Positions 39,561-52,415 of a stretch of DNA of 64,000 nucleotides are shown one piece after another (position 1 is the first letter of the stretch; each line of letters starts with the position of its first letter). The notes under the pieces are model-generated. The model made no database searches and was not told where the DNA came from. It saw nothing but the letters and a program-made list of their open reading frames with translations. Made by a program: the position numbers and the translations under genes. This DNA comes from Felis catus (taxonomy: Eukaryota), in contig NC_058368.1 in the NCBI RefSeq assembly GCF_018350175.1, forward strand, positions 149,732,001 through 149,796,000, in the 5' to 3' direction.

Positions 39561-42419
39561 ATTAAGTTTGATTTGCCTAAAATCACCCACCTTTTATGTG
39601 GTACATCTAGAACTCAAGCTGTTCTAAGTGAAAACAATGCTTGTGATCTTTTCACCCTACTGTATCTGAATTAACAAATGAATGAACAATGAGGGTTTCC
39701 AATATATAAAGCCTCCTGTCAGAATTTTGATTTAACATTAACTAATATTGAGTCACTGACAATAAAATTAACATAACGTCTTCTTAAATAGTGACCTTAA
39801 GAAGGAATATTAACACACATGCTTTAGACTAACACAAGTGAAGCTCATTTTATTGAACTGAAAATTGAATAAAACTGCACCTACTTTATTTCAAATTTAG
39901 ATAGATCTATGCCAACCTAGAAACATATCTAAAATAAATACAGACATGACTCTAAAAGCAAATTATGCCTATTCCAATCACTCCCCAAAACTTCATAAAA
40001 ACCTTCTTTATATATCTCTTTTCCTCAAAATTAATTGTTCTCCCTGCCTACCAAAATGAAATAACAAAATACAATTCCCTTCCCCACCTTCATATTGTTT
40101 TTTCTCTCCTATCTGTTCCTTCTGTTGCCACTTCTTATTATTTAAAATGAGTAATTTCATATTCCAGTTCCTCTCATTTACATCTTTGTGACATACTTGA
40201 AAATGGTTTTGATTTTTTATGTTTCTTGGTCCCTTTCAGCCCACTATCTCTTTTTTTTTTCTTTTCTCTCTCTCTCTTTTTTTTTTCTTTCTTGGAAATG
40301 AAGATGAGAATAAACATGATATAACTTTTAGCTTGAATCACCTACAAGAGAGATCTGGCTTGGGAATGAACCCTATCTCATTCACCAACATTTTTCTGCT
40401 GTTCTTTTAATTAACATTTTTGCAGAACTGAATACTGATAAAAATGAAGCTATAAGATTAGAAAAATTTGATTGAGAATTCAGTACAAATGTGGCTTTAA
40501 TGAACATTGAGCTATTTTATGTTTCATTCTTAATTTATTTCAAATCAAAGAATATTTGAATCTTAGAATTGAAATGGAAATCAGAGGATATATATGATTG
40601 ATATATAATTAATATATCATATTTAATATCATATATATAATGTCTGTCAATTAATTTGGGTCCTTAATAATCTAAGTGCCATTCTGTTTATATTTTAAGA
40701 TTCTGTATTTGTCTGGACAGCTCAAAACTGTAGTGAAGAGAAAGACCCTTTGTTCACAAAAGAAATAATAAATAGCTACAAAACTATGACATAATGTCCT
40801 AAAAGTTGGGGTGTGATGTTGACTCATAACAACTAGTCAGCCACACTAATGGAGTATTGTAATACAACTTTAGTCTAACGGAAAGACACTGTTTTCAAGA
40901 AAGTTTGGTAGTTTTCTTCAGATCCCTTTTGTATTACGTTCGGAAGATTTTGTACTGTTCTCCTTTCAAGCTTTCCTTCCTCCTGGGTGGACAAGGGTTA
41001 TTTCCAAATGTTTGGGAAATGATAGCTTTATTTCCAGTTGTTAATTGATAGGAATGCATCCCTCTCAGGTGCGCCCTCCTCACCTCTTACTGGAAGCTCC
41101 TCCCCCATTGTTCTAAGGATCTTTATACAAAATAAGCTGTAAATGACTACCAAATGTTTAAAATATCGCTCTTTTCATTATGAAACTTTTCAAATGTACA
41201 TAAAAGTAGAATGAACAGGATGATAAACTTCCAAGTACCATTATCACCTACGTTCAACAAGCATTCTTGTTTGCCAGTTTTGTAAAAAAGTATCTTTTCT
41301 CAAATCCCTTAACATGGGTTCAGGTTATTTTAAAGGGAATCTTCCTTAAACTTGTGTTCCTAACCTAGACCATAACTATAAATGGTTGTATTCTATTTCT
41401 ATTTATAAAGAGAATCATGATCCAATCAGAGGAATAGGGGATGTATGAAACACATCTCCTCTACAGAAAGCAAGAAGTGATTCCTTCCTTTGATAAAAAT
41501 ACAGCATTTAACTACAAAGGGCCTCTGTTTAACTTTTAAAAAGTGTAATGCCAGAAATCTCTTTGACACCCAAAAAATTTTCAACAGAATTTTGGATAAA
41601 TCATCATATTTCATGTATATTTCTGGAAGTTCCTTTTTTCTTCCTTGGTATTTTCACTCTAAAGTGGATGTTTATATAAAGTGAAGGAAGGAAGAGGTAT
41701 TTCAAGCAGGTTGTTCTTGATCTCCCATTTCCAAACTTTTAAGTATAATAGAAGCTTTCCCTGAATGCCAAAGATAATTAAAATGTGAGTCCTAATGTTA
41801 CTTCCTTCTTTTAATAATACCTCACTCTGAGAATCAAAAATGTTTTAAACCAGGGTAAGTGTGTCATGGGAAAAAAAGTAAAATAAAGACAATGACTAAG
41901 TGTATGAAAGGATGAAGTTCTATTTAGAGAGAAAGAAAAACAAAGGTGGATGACTATTTCACTCCTTATACCAAAATAAATTCCAAATAAGTTAAATATT
42001 TAAACAACCTAAAAATGGAAACCATAAAAGCACCGAAAGATAACTAGGAGAATTTCTTAAAATGGTGAAATAATGGCAAAGGTCTTTTTAACTGTGACAC
42101 AGATCCAGAAACCAGAAAGGAACCCAAGTGGATCCTAGGTCATGTTGAGTTGCAAGGGTGCCTGGGAATTTAAGTGTCTGCCAAAGGGAACAGGATTGCT
42201 AAAGACTGGCTGGGAGCAGTTGGGATTCATTGCTTAGGCTAGCCTCATTGCCATCCTAAACGAAATCAAGATTCAGTTAGCAAAAAAAAAGAGGTAGGAG
42301 AAGGTTTATGGATAAACAACTAACAAGATCTGCCATAATCACAATGTTCTTTTCCTAGAGAATCCTTAAATCTTGTCATAGCATTGCCTGGTTCTATGTA
42401 TTTTGTATATTGCCTGGTT

Positions 42420-42646
42420 CATTTTGTATTTTATTTTATTTTATTTCATTTCATTTTATTATTTTATTTTATTTTATTTATTTCCTATTTGAGAGAGAGA
42501 GAGCATGCACTAGGGAAGGGAAGAGGGGAGAGGGAAAATCTTAAGCAGGCTCCCCAACATAGGGCTCGATGCTATGACCCTGGGATCATGACCTGAGACA
42601 AAATCAAGAGTCAGATACTCAACTGACTGAGCCACCCAGATGCCCC
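42420..42646 (-). mobile_element. SINEC with (TTTTA)n tail
   Basis: Reverse head at ~42600-42646. Confidence 0.9.
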
Positions 42647-42888
42647 ATCTAGCATTTTATTTTAATTACAGAAGTAAAAATTAATGCTGATATATCAAAA
42701 AGTAAACAAAAATATAAATTATGAAATATTTGCTGTAACAATATAAAACTAAAAATATAAAGTTTTTAGAAATAAGTACTATTATAACATGGAACAATAT
42801 GATAGTCTTAACATATTTATCTAGTCTGTATAAAATGAGACAAAATGTTAACATTTTATCAACTAATCAAAAAGAATATTTTAATCAT

Positions 42889-43065
42889 AGGTGCCTGGGT
42901 GGCTCAGTCAGTTAAGCATTAAACTTTGGCTCAGGCCATGATCTCATCGTTTGCGAGTTTGAGCCCTGCATCGAACTTCCTCCTGTCAGTGCAGAGCCTG
43001 CTTCAGATCCTGTCCCCCTCTCTGTCCCTCCCCTGTCTAAAAAATAAATAAACATTAAAAATAAA
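42889..43065 (+). mobile_element. SINEC
   Basis: Head and tail; TSD-like aatattttaa(a)tca. Confidence 0.9.
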
Positions 43066-44184
43066 ATATTTTAAATCAATTTAAAAATAAAAATAATTAC
43101 TGTAAGGGACAGCAAATTGTTTTACATGAGGATGAATCACACATTTTTAGCCCTTTAATAAATCTCAGAACTTTTCTTCACATCTGATGAATGATATAAT
43201 ATAAAGCCTTTATAGATCCAGAATATAGAAAAATATTACATATGACCACATAATCTTCCAAAACTTATTTAATTAGGTAAATTTATTCCTGTAATATTAT
43301 CATAATTGGTTTAGTAGAACATTTTGAAAAGCTGAACATACTATATCATCTAAGAACAAAGATTATATAAGCAGCATATTGTCCATGATCTCAGTCAGAA
43401 AGCTCAGGAAATAAGATCATCAATACATAATGCATTTAAGAAACTTCAGGCCAAAATCCTCTCATGGTTTGGTTAATGCCAAGTTTTAAAAGACTGAATA
43501 TTTTACTTGAGTAAAACACAATTTTAAATAAGTCAAGCTATATGAATAAGTCATAAATTTTTAACTGGCTAGGTAAATAACATGGCACTGTATTTTTTAA
43601 CCAAGTATATTTGTTTTGGTTTTTCAAACAAACATAAAAAATCCTTGATATGTTTTTCTAGTTGGTTCAAGCATCTCCAAAGTATAGACATTTCATGGAT
43701 TTCCTTTTTATTGGCTAAGACATAAAAAATATTTATACCAAATAACAAAGTACATATTTGGAAGCCCTTGTCAACTTTAAGATTTATTAATAAGGCAAAT
43801 GGAGAAATGACAAAACTGAAAATCCAAAATCAATTTGAATACCTCAGTCCCAAAGAGCAAAGACTCCCCATCCCAAACAAAAACGTAATTATCTATTCTG
43901 TCTATCATCATTGTTCAAATTCTGTCTACAAATTAATGCATTTTGACTGAGGTATAACTATGTACACAGTTATGTAGATGATTCAGATTTTAAAGCATTT
44001 TTGTTCCTCAAAAATCTTCATAATCTTTTGGAAGATATTTTTGGTTATTTCCTAATGGTAGCAAAAGCTTATTTATAATTTAGATTCTAGGCTATGTAAA
44101 CTTGTAGCATTTTCTGATCTATTAGAATAATCCTAAATGACCATTACTTTTTACTATATTTGATTGTTATGGACCCTTTGCCTT

Positions 44185-44912
44185 TACTAGCCGACTCTCC
44201 TTCAGTAACAAATGATCCCAGAAATCTGTTCCTTAAGATAATAATGACTTGGGATGGGTTAGATGGGCAATGGGTATTAAACAGGGCACTTGTTATGATG
44301 AACACTGGGTGTTGTATTTAAGTGATAAATCACTGAGTTCTATTCCTGAAATCAATATTGCACTGTATGTTAACTAACTAAAATTTAAACAAAAATTTTA
44401 AAAATAACAATATTCCTTAGATAAAGATGGGAAGAATACTGCCAGAGCAAATAGTCACCCTCCATAAGAAATGCCAGTTCTAATTTCTAAATCTTGTCTA
44501 CCATTGTGCCATTTGCAGATGTTTAATAAAAACTATTTTATCTCTGATTAAAAAAAATAACGACTTATTCCTTCCTCACATTACATGTTTGCCAACAAGT
44601 TTACCTGTGGTTTTGCTTCATTGTATCTTCTTAGTCTGGGACCTTGACCAAAGGAACAGTTTTTGTGTAGAACATTCTATTCTAATGGCAATGGGAAAGA
44701 GCAAGAGTATTGGAAGAAATATCTATTGGCATATTTCATTTCTGTGTATATAGCATTGGCCACAGCAAATCACATGGGCAAACCTGTCAATGGGGCTAGA
44801 AAGCATACTCCATTGTTAGATAGGCACTACAAGTCACATGGTAGTATGTGGGTACATATAATCTTCTTACAGATAGGCAGAGAGCAACTCATGACAAGTA
44901 TAATCTACCACT
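44185..44912 (-). mobile_element. MLT1 (J/K-like) LTR interrupted by an L1 insertion
   Basis: cagtaacaaatgatcccagaaatct...cttaagataataatgactt|attccttcctcacattacatg is continuous once 44251-44566 is removed. Confidence 0.7.
44251..44557 (+). mobile_element. 5'-truncated carnivore L1 3' end (~155 bp) plus a ~145-bp 3'-transduced segment
   Basis: 44251-44405 resembles the L1 3' UTR at 1050-1200; unique sequence, AATAAA (44525-44530) and poly(A) follow; TSD aataa(t/c)gactt. Confidence 0.8.
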
Positions 44913-44951
44913 CCTATCTTTGACTTAATATAGTGGAGTTATTAAAAAGGC

Positions 44952-44952
<1 letters not shown>

Positions 44953-44984
<32 letters not shown>

Positions 44985-45218
44985 GCCAGGGGCACCTGGG
45001 TGGCTTAGTTGGTTAAGCCCTGGACTCTTCTTGGTTTTGGCTCAGGTCATGATCTCACGGTTTGTGAGTTTGAACTCCATGTGGGGCTCTACTCTGACAG
45101 CACAGAACCTACTTGAAGTCTCTGTCTGCCCTGCTCCCCTCCCTCCCCTCAGCACTGCTCGTACTCTCTCTTTCTCCTCTGTCAAAAGAAATACTTGTTT
45201 TTAAAAAGGAAAAAAAAA
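44953..45218 (+). mobile_element. (CAA)n repeat followed by a SINEC (starts 44989)
   Basis: Direct inspection. Confidence 0.9.
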
Positions 45219-45600
45219 TCCAAAAAACCTCTGTCTTCTTTGCTTTTCACATCCAGTCGGTTACAAACCTCTTCCAATTACTTCCCCCAATCTACTCTGA
45301 GTGTGGCTTGATTGGAAATCAACTTAAGAAGGACCTGTGATCCAAGATAAGTTAGACAATACTAAATGGGAACATGGTAGCTTTAAATGAGCTCCAACAA
45401 AAATCTTCATAAAAATTACATCTTAGTCTAATGAAAGAGCTTACAGGTGTGATAATGGATTCCTGATGAGTTAGATCAGTTGGTGTAATAATTACAAAAG
45501 AATCCAGAAGATAGATATTGGATACATGTTCTGAATAGAAGAGTACTGTGCTATAGTGTGACTTTGGCAAGTAGTTTAAACTTGGAAGCTTTGGTTTTCT

Positions 45601-45811
45601 TTTTTTTTTCCCCCATTTTTTTTAATGTGTATTTATTTTTGAGAGACCGGGGAGGAAGGGGTAGAGAGACAGTGAGGCAAAGAATCCAAAGCAGGCTCCA
45701 GGCTCTGAGCTGTCAACACAGAAACCTATGTGGGGTTCGCACCTACAAACCGTGAGATCATGACCTGGGCTGAAGTCAGATGCTTAACCGCCTGAACTAC
45801 CCAGGCACCCC
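45601..45811 (-). mobile_element. SINEC inserted in a MIR
   Basis: TSD tggttttctt; MIR core on both flanks (tgtgactttggcaagtagtttaaac / tttcttatttacagaatggaaatag). Confidence 0.9.
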
Positions 45812-46069
45812 TGGTTTTCTTATTTACAGAATGGAAATAGTCATATCTATCCCATAAGGTATTTTTTCAAAATCACTTACAATACACATAGGAATAAGGT
45901 AAAGGTAGGCTAAGAGGATTTTTTGCTTGTTGAGCAAATTACCTAAATGGTATTAAATAATGGATTTATGTCTACATAGAGAGGTTGTTAGCTTTGTACT
46001 TGCTCCATCCATTGTATTACTAATTTGTCTTTGAGTGATAATATACATGATTTACTTTTCACATCTGAA

Positions 46070-46334
46070 AAAGCAGGCCAGCAAATTAGAAACTTTGTAG
46101 GAGCTTACATTGCAGTCTTGAGGCAGAATGACTCCTCCAGGAAATTTCAGTTTTTGCTCTTAAGGCCTTTAACTGATTGGGTGTGACCCACATGCATTAT
46201 TGATAGTAATCTTTCCTTATAGTTAACTGTTAACCAAATCTTCAAAATACCATCATAGCAACACCTAGGTAGGATTTAATTAAGTAACTGGCTAGTATAG
46301 CGTAGCCAAGCTGATGCCTAAAATTAACCATCGT
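46070..46334 (-). mobile_element. MLT2-type LTR fragment
   Basis: tttgctcttaaggccttttaactgattgg...agccaagctgatgcctaaaattaaccatc. Confidence 0.75.
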
Positions 46335-46599
46335 ATGCACCAAATAGGTAGAAGACATAGTCAATATATTGTATTATATAACGTGGATTTAAAATTTTTT
46401 TTGAAAGCTTGAAGTACTAAACACAAACTAGAATACACCAGATTAAATACTGAGTTGTACAAATATAGCACTGAGACTTGACAATTATTCATAGGGAAAA
46501 TACTTCAGTGATAATTGTTGTAAACTCAATGTTTTTCAACAGTGGGATGTGAATTCCCCCTAAATTCTAGCTCCTTTCTTCTTCTTTCCTTTTTTTCTG

Positions 46600-47720
46600 T
46601 TCATCTTTCATTCCACAGAGACTGATTGAGCACTTACTATATGGCAGATACTGCCCTAGGTAAGTGGCATATAGCAGTTAATATAGGCAGAAATCCTGTT
46701 CTCATGAAACTTATAATGTATATGTTGAGATGAACAATAAACAAGTTAACAAATGAAAATATGCTATAACTTGAGGCATTGAAAAGCACTAAGAAGAAAA
46801 ATCAAACAGTGTTAAGTAGAAGGTTTTTGTGGTTAGAGTGGTCATTGAAGAACTTTATGAGGACATGATGTCTGAGCAGGCTTCAGTGAAGTAAACCAGG
46901 CAAAACTGCAGTTTAAGAGTGTTTTATGCAGGGGGTATAATAAGTCTAAAGGCTCTGAGATAGTAGGATTCTTGGTATATTCAGGAAACAGCCATAGATT
47001 CAGTGTAGCAAGACTATAGTCACGAGGTGAAGGTGCGTGGTAGGGACTGAGGTTTAAGGAAGAGGCAGAGGCCAAGTCGTGTTAAGGCTTTATAGGTCAT
47101 GGGAAGAAATTTGCATTTTATTATGTGTGATGGGAGGATTCTAAAAAGGAATGTGACGTGATCTCATTTGCATTTTAAAAAGGTCATCCTGGCTAAGATG
47201 TGTAGATTAGACAAGAGAAGTAAAAGTGGAAGCAGGAAGACTGTTATAAATTCTATTACAGAAGTTGAGGTAAGGGATGATGGTGGCTTAGACTGTGGTG
47301 GTAACAATTAAGATTAAAATGCAATGAAATGTAAGATATATTTTGAAGGCAGAGCCCAGAGGATGCACTGATAAGTGTGAAATGTGACGTCCGAGAAAAA
47401 GAGGAATCAATGATGTTATCTAGGTTTCTGGCCATGAGGGGAGTGCTTGGTACCATTTACTACCACATGGGGACCCTGGAGGGAGAAGTTTTATGTAGAA
47501 CAAATCCAAGACTTTTATTTTGGAGATGAGGTATTCAAATAGAGATGCCAAGGGACAGTTTGAGCTAGGAGGAGAGACTGAGGTTGGAGATTGTAATTTT
47601 GGAGACATCTGCAAATATGTGGTATTTAAAGTCATGAATCTGGCTCAAATTATTTAGAAATAAGTAATTATTTCTTCACTATGAAGAAAGGCAAGGGTAC
47701 TCCCAACATTTAGAATTTAA
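46600..47720 (-). mobile_element. L2 (L2a-like) 3' portion
   Basis: attgagcacttactatatggcagatactgccctagg...atatattttgaaggcagagcc...tggtatttaaagtcatga. Confidence 0.85.
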
Positions 47721-48527
47721 GAAGATGGCTTGGAGGACTTATTAGTTACCTTCAAGTATTTTAAGGGCTCTATGTTTAACATAAATGTAGAAACATGAAC
47801 TAGGGCCTGTGTGAGGAAATCACGAGCAGTACATCTCTGCTTAATAAAGGGAACCGCTTTCTAACACAACTAATGCCGTATCTTAACATCTAATCACTGT
47901 AAATGTTCACATTTTTACCAAGTCACAGACTTTCTCTAAAAAAGCCTTTTGTGTTGCGTAGGACTTATACTAGATGAACTCCAGTGTTCCTTTTAAGATC
48001 TAATACTTGATGTTCATCCTTAGATTTTTTTGTTACCATGATGATCTTCCTTATTCAACAATCTTTGGCAGCTGCCTATTTGCCTTAAGATGAAATCCAA
48101 ATGCCTCTGATTAGCTTTTTAAAACCTCCATGCCTTTGTCCTAACTTACAACTTTACCTTCATCTTCCTTTCTGATTAATTCTCTTCTCTAGTAAGGCTG
48201 GCTCTTTCCTTTTTTACCACAGAAAAATGTTCATCATGTCTTCTCACTTTTCCTGATCTCCTTTCATAGGAGATCTAGTCCTTCTTTAACTACTAAAGGA
48301 ATCAATAGAGAAAGATAAATAGAAGCTCAAAAAAAGAAAAAAATGAAAACCAAAAAACAGCTTTGACCTTTTTCTCCAGGACACAAACTGACTCTTCTAC
48401 TACCATTGCAGTAATGTAACATGTTAACTCATGTTAACAATTATATATTGAATTTTACATTGTCATGTATTATTACGTTACTGTTTCATAAGTGCATTTT
48501 TATCCTCTCAACATGACTTTTATCCAT

Positions 48528-49043
48528 TGTAGTGGATACAATTTATTGAATTCCTATTCTGTTCCATTATCTCAGTATTTCAAATCCCCATGAAAACCTC
48601 CTAAAGGTAGGTTTAAAAGCTCTCAGCACCCCACTTATGTTCCCTTGTCACTCACCACTCTAGTGCATGGTCATGGAGTCTACCTGGTGACTGGGAACTC
48701 TCTTGCCTGTGAGCATGGGACATCTTAGACATGTAGGGAGTTAAAGAATCTCAGAGCAGCCTTCAAGGTACATGGAAGAGAGTTGGAGAATAAGTACTCC
48801 CAGCTTCCTCACTCCTCAGGTGGGATAAGTCTGACATATGTTTAACATGATTTCACATAAATCCCTGTGGAATTGAGTCCCCACAGTGATTACCTGTTTG
48901 GTGACATACCCTTTTTTGGCTTCCTTCCCTTCATTGTCTCACTTCCTTTCCCTGCAATGGAATTTCTTGGGATCACCTCCCAAATAGTTTATAATCCAAC
49001 TCTCATATTGGGATCTGCTTCTGGAGGAACCCAACCTAAGGCA
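48528..49043 (+). mobile_element. LTR16-like (ERVL) solo LTR
   Basis: cccagcttcctcactcctcaggtgggataa...tgggatcacctcccaaata...tctgcttctggaggaacccaacctaag. Confidence 0.75.
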
Positions 49044-49953
49044 ATAGATATTGCAACCGATACACATAATAGATGCGGAAATTGAGACTCAGGAAAGTTA
49101 AGAAACTTGACCAGAGTTATAAAGCCAGCAGTGGCAGAGGAGGGATTTAAATAGTCTATCTGTCCCAGCATCCCAGATTGGGGGCTGATACATCCCTTGC
49201 ATTATTATACTGCAATACTCTGTGAACATTCAACAAACACTCTGTTTAATGACCATAAAAACCATAAAGATTTCAAGTTGTTTAGTTTTTCTTTCCCTAA
49301 TATAATTTTTCTTACTGTTGCTGCTTTTATTTTATGTGGTTAGTTGATTAAATGTCTGCCTTCCAAATTGTATGCTCCATGACAGCAAAGATGATGCCTA
49401 TTTTGACTCATCATTGTTTCCCTGGCACTTAATATATTTTTGTAAATGGAAACAAAGAAGTAGTAGACGCCACAAATAAGCAGGAATATTGAGACAGAGA
49501 GGTGTGAAGAGCACTGTTTGATACCGGGGGTATAGTCAGAATCAGTAGAAGCAGTGTCTGTGTTGAGCAGAGAAACAGAATGAACTACTGACCGAGCACT
49601 TGAGCCATAACAATGGTGCTGCCATTGGAGGAGATAATAATATGGTCCCCATTCTTCAGGCATTACCACAAGCATTCCGGTTAGTTCCCTAGAGCTGCTT
49701 CTGGGTCCTGAAAAATGAAGATATTACAGTTCCCTATGAGACCAGACTTTTATTGTGGGACAGTTTTTTTTTTTTTTTTTGTCTTGCCTTACTTCCCCAG
49801 GCATCCTTATAATAAACCATCATTACTTGAGGTGAATTGACCACACCTTTGGAACTCAAAAGCTTACACATCTGTCAAATGAGAATAATAATATTGTCAT
49901 ACCTTTTCAGAGTTGTGAATAAAACAATGCATGAGAAAGCACTTTGATGACAA

Positions 49954-50163
49954 ATTTTTTTTTAAATGTTTATTTGTTTATTTTGAGAGAGGGAGAGAGA
50001 GCACAAGCAGGGAAGGGGCAGAGAAAGGAGAGAGTCCCAAGCAGGCTCCACGCAGTCAGTGAAGAGCGGGACCAAAGAGGCTTGAACTCACTAGACATGA
50101 GATCATGCCCTGAGCAGTAACCAAGAGTCAGATGCTTAACTGACTAAGCCATCCAGGTGCCCT
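49954..50163 (-). mobile_element. SINEC
   Basis: T tail, (AG) region and reverse head. Confidence 0.9.
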
Positions 50164-50282
50164 GTGATGATTTGAAAATTTTCTACACATAAAAGGCCTG
50201 AATTTTGAACCACTTTTAATAAAGTAAAACATACTATCAAATTATTTCTTCAGAAATGCCATTTAACTTATTTTTTTAAAGA

Positions 50283-50475
50283 TATTTTATTTTTTTAACG
50301 TTTATTTTTGAGAGAGAGTGATTGTGTGTACAAGCAGGGGAGGGGCAGACAGCGAGGGAGAGGGGATTGGAAGTGGGGGCTCCCTGCTGACAGCAGAGAG
50401 CCTGATATGGGGCTTGAACTCATGAACCTGAGCCGAAGTCAGATGCCTAACTGACCGAGTCACCGAGGCACCCCC
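50283..50475 (-). mobile_element. SINEC
   Basis: T tail and reverse head. Confidence 0.88.
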
Positions 50476-50904
50476 AAAATGCTATTTTGATATCCAAAAT
50501 AGTTTTTAGTCTTTTCCATTGGTTATCAATAAGCTATTTTAGGACAAATGCATTGCCACTTTTGCTTCTATAATCTAGATCAAAATACATGTAAAACAAA
50601 AAAAGAAGACAGGAAATATGTTTGATATCAAGCATTAAATAGAGAATTTTAGAAAACCACTGCCTCTGGTCAGCTTTGCTCCAGTGATAATATGCATTGC
50701 TGGGAAATGTTGAGTTGAGTTCTCATTCCAGCTACAACATGGTTAACGCTGAATAAGTCTCTTAGCCAGTTGTGCTAAATAAATTTAGGAGGTCATAGAG
50801 TAGGATAAATTATATATAAAATGGCTCAAGCGTAACAAATGATATTCCAAAGTACCTATATTTATCAGAAATAAGTTCATCACAGAGGTTCTCAAACCCT
50901 GGTA

Positions 50905-51379
50905 TTGTAGGTACTGTCCTTGCCAACCCCATACCCCTTTGGCACTCACCTATTCTATGCAGGCAATAGCCTGTCAGTGCAAACACCAGTTAACACTCTC
51001 CTTGAGGGCTTTCCCCAACCCTGGGGAGACACTCATCCTGCAAAGAGGTGAGTGTAGAGGGACTGGAGAGGAGATACTCTTGGAAGTAGCCCTCAATAAA
51101 CAACAAATGAACATATGGGAGCTGATAAGCAAAAACTACAGTTTCTTTGACCCTCACCTGTGACACTCTCAGGTGGATTCTGTGTTGTCTCCCAGAGCTC
51201 CCTGGTGGGAATGAGCCTCAGTTGCTATTAGCAGTAAGCTGCTCATTAACACATCCTGTTCTAGCTTTCTTCCCTTCCCTATTGTCTTTCTGAAACTTGC
51301 TGTGATGACCTCCCAATAAATGACTTAACGCTCAAGTCTTACTCAGATTCTGCTTCTGGAGAAGCCCAAACTAAGATAC
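50905..51379 (+). mobile_element. LTR16-like (ERVL) solo LTR
   Basis: cccagagctccctggtgggaatgagcctcagttgc...acctcccaataaatgactt...tctgcttctggagaagcccaaactaagata. Confidence 0.7.
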
Positions 51380-51421
51380 CCTGTCAGCAAACTGAGGCCA
51401 ATTTTTAAAAAATCTGTGGCA

Positions 51422-51615
51422 GGGGCACCTTTGTGGCTCAGTTGGTTGAGTGTCCGACTTCAGCCCAGGTCATGATCTTGAGGTTTATAAGTTCAAGCCC
51501 CACATTGGGCTCTCTGCTGTCACCCTGTCAGTGCAGAGCCAGCTTCAGATTCTCTGTCCCCCTCTCAATGCTCCTCCTCTGCTTGCACTCTCCCCAAAAT
51601 AAATACATATAAAAA
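51422..51615 (+). mobile_element. SINEC
   Basis: Head and tail. Confidence 0.9.
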
Positions 51616-52202
51616 ACTCTTTGGGAAAATAAAAAGGACATAATATATGATGAACGTTTCATGAAGCGAAATTTATGTAATTCAAAAGACTTTTCTCTTT
51701 CTGGAAATTTTTTCCTTCCCTTTATTTTTCTCCTTCCCTCCCCACCCCTCTGCCTTTCTTTCTGCCTTGAAATGTCCTTTTCTTTTAGGAAATAAAGTGG
51801 TAGGAAATAGTAGTTAGTAACAACAATGCAACCAAAAGTTAGCAATCCTAACGATTTAATAGTCTCTCAATGTTTGTTGAATCCAGAAATCTGGAAATCA
51901 CTACCTTTCTATGTGTTATATTTCACTGTTATTTTAACAATTAGATAAGGAAGGAAAAGAAAGTTTAAAGAAAAAGTGTTGTGTTAAGATAACAGGTAAA
52001 GTTGAAAATTTCTTCAAAAGGACATGAATTGAGAAATAATTGTAGTTAGAAATATTTAAGAAAGGTAGTTTTAGTTTTGTAAAGTTATATTACTCACAAT
52101 TTCTTCTGATGTACTTAAAACTCTTGCCTTATTTTATCTGTAATTAACTCAAGGCCACACTTAACCTTTTCATTGTATACTTATTTTAAAGACTATATTA
52201 AA

Positions 52203-52415
52203 GAGGCGCCTGGATGGTCCGTTTGGTTAAGCATCCAACCCTCGATTTTGGTTCAGGTCATGATCTCCCCTGTGAGATCCAGCCCTGTGATAGGTTCCAT
52301 GCTGAGTGTGGAGCCTCCTTAAGATTCTCTCTCTCTCCCTCTCTCTGCTCCTCCCCTGCTCGCATACATGCATTATCTCACAAAATAAGTAAACAAACAT
52401 TGAAAAAAATAAAAA
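52203..52415 (+). mobile_element. SINEC
   Basis: Head, (CT)n and A tail. Confidence 0.88.

Noticed and set aside
48528..51379. Two same-orientation LTR16-like elements as paired LTRs of a provirus
   Set aside because: They differ strongly from each other, and the intervening sequence is MIR, L2, SINE and other LTR fragments with no gag/pol remnant.
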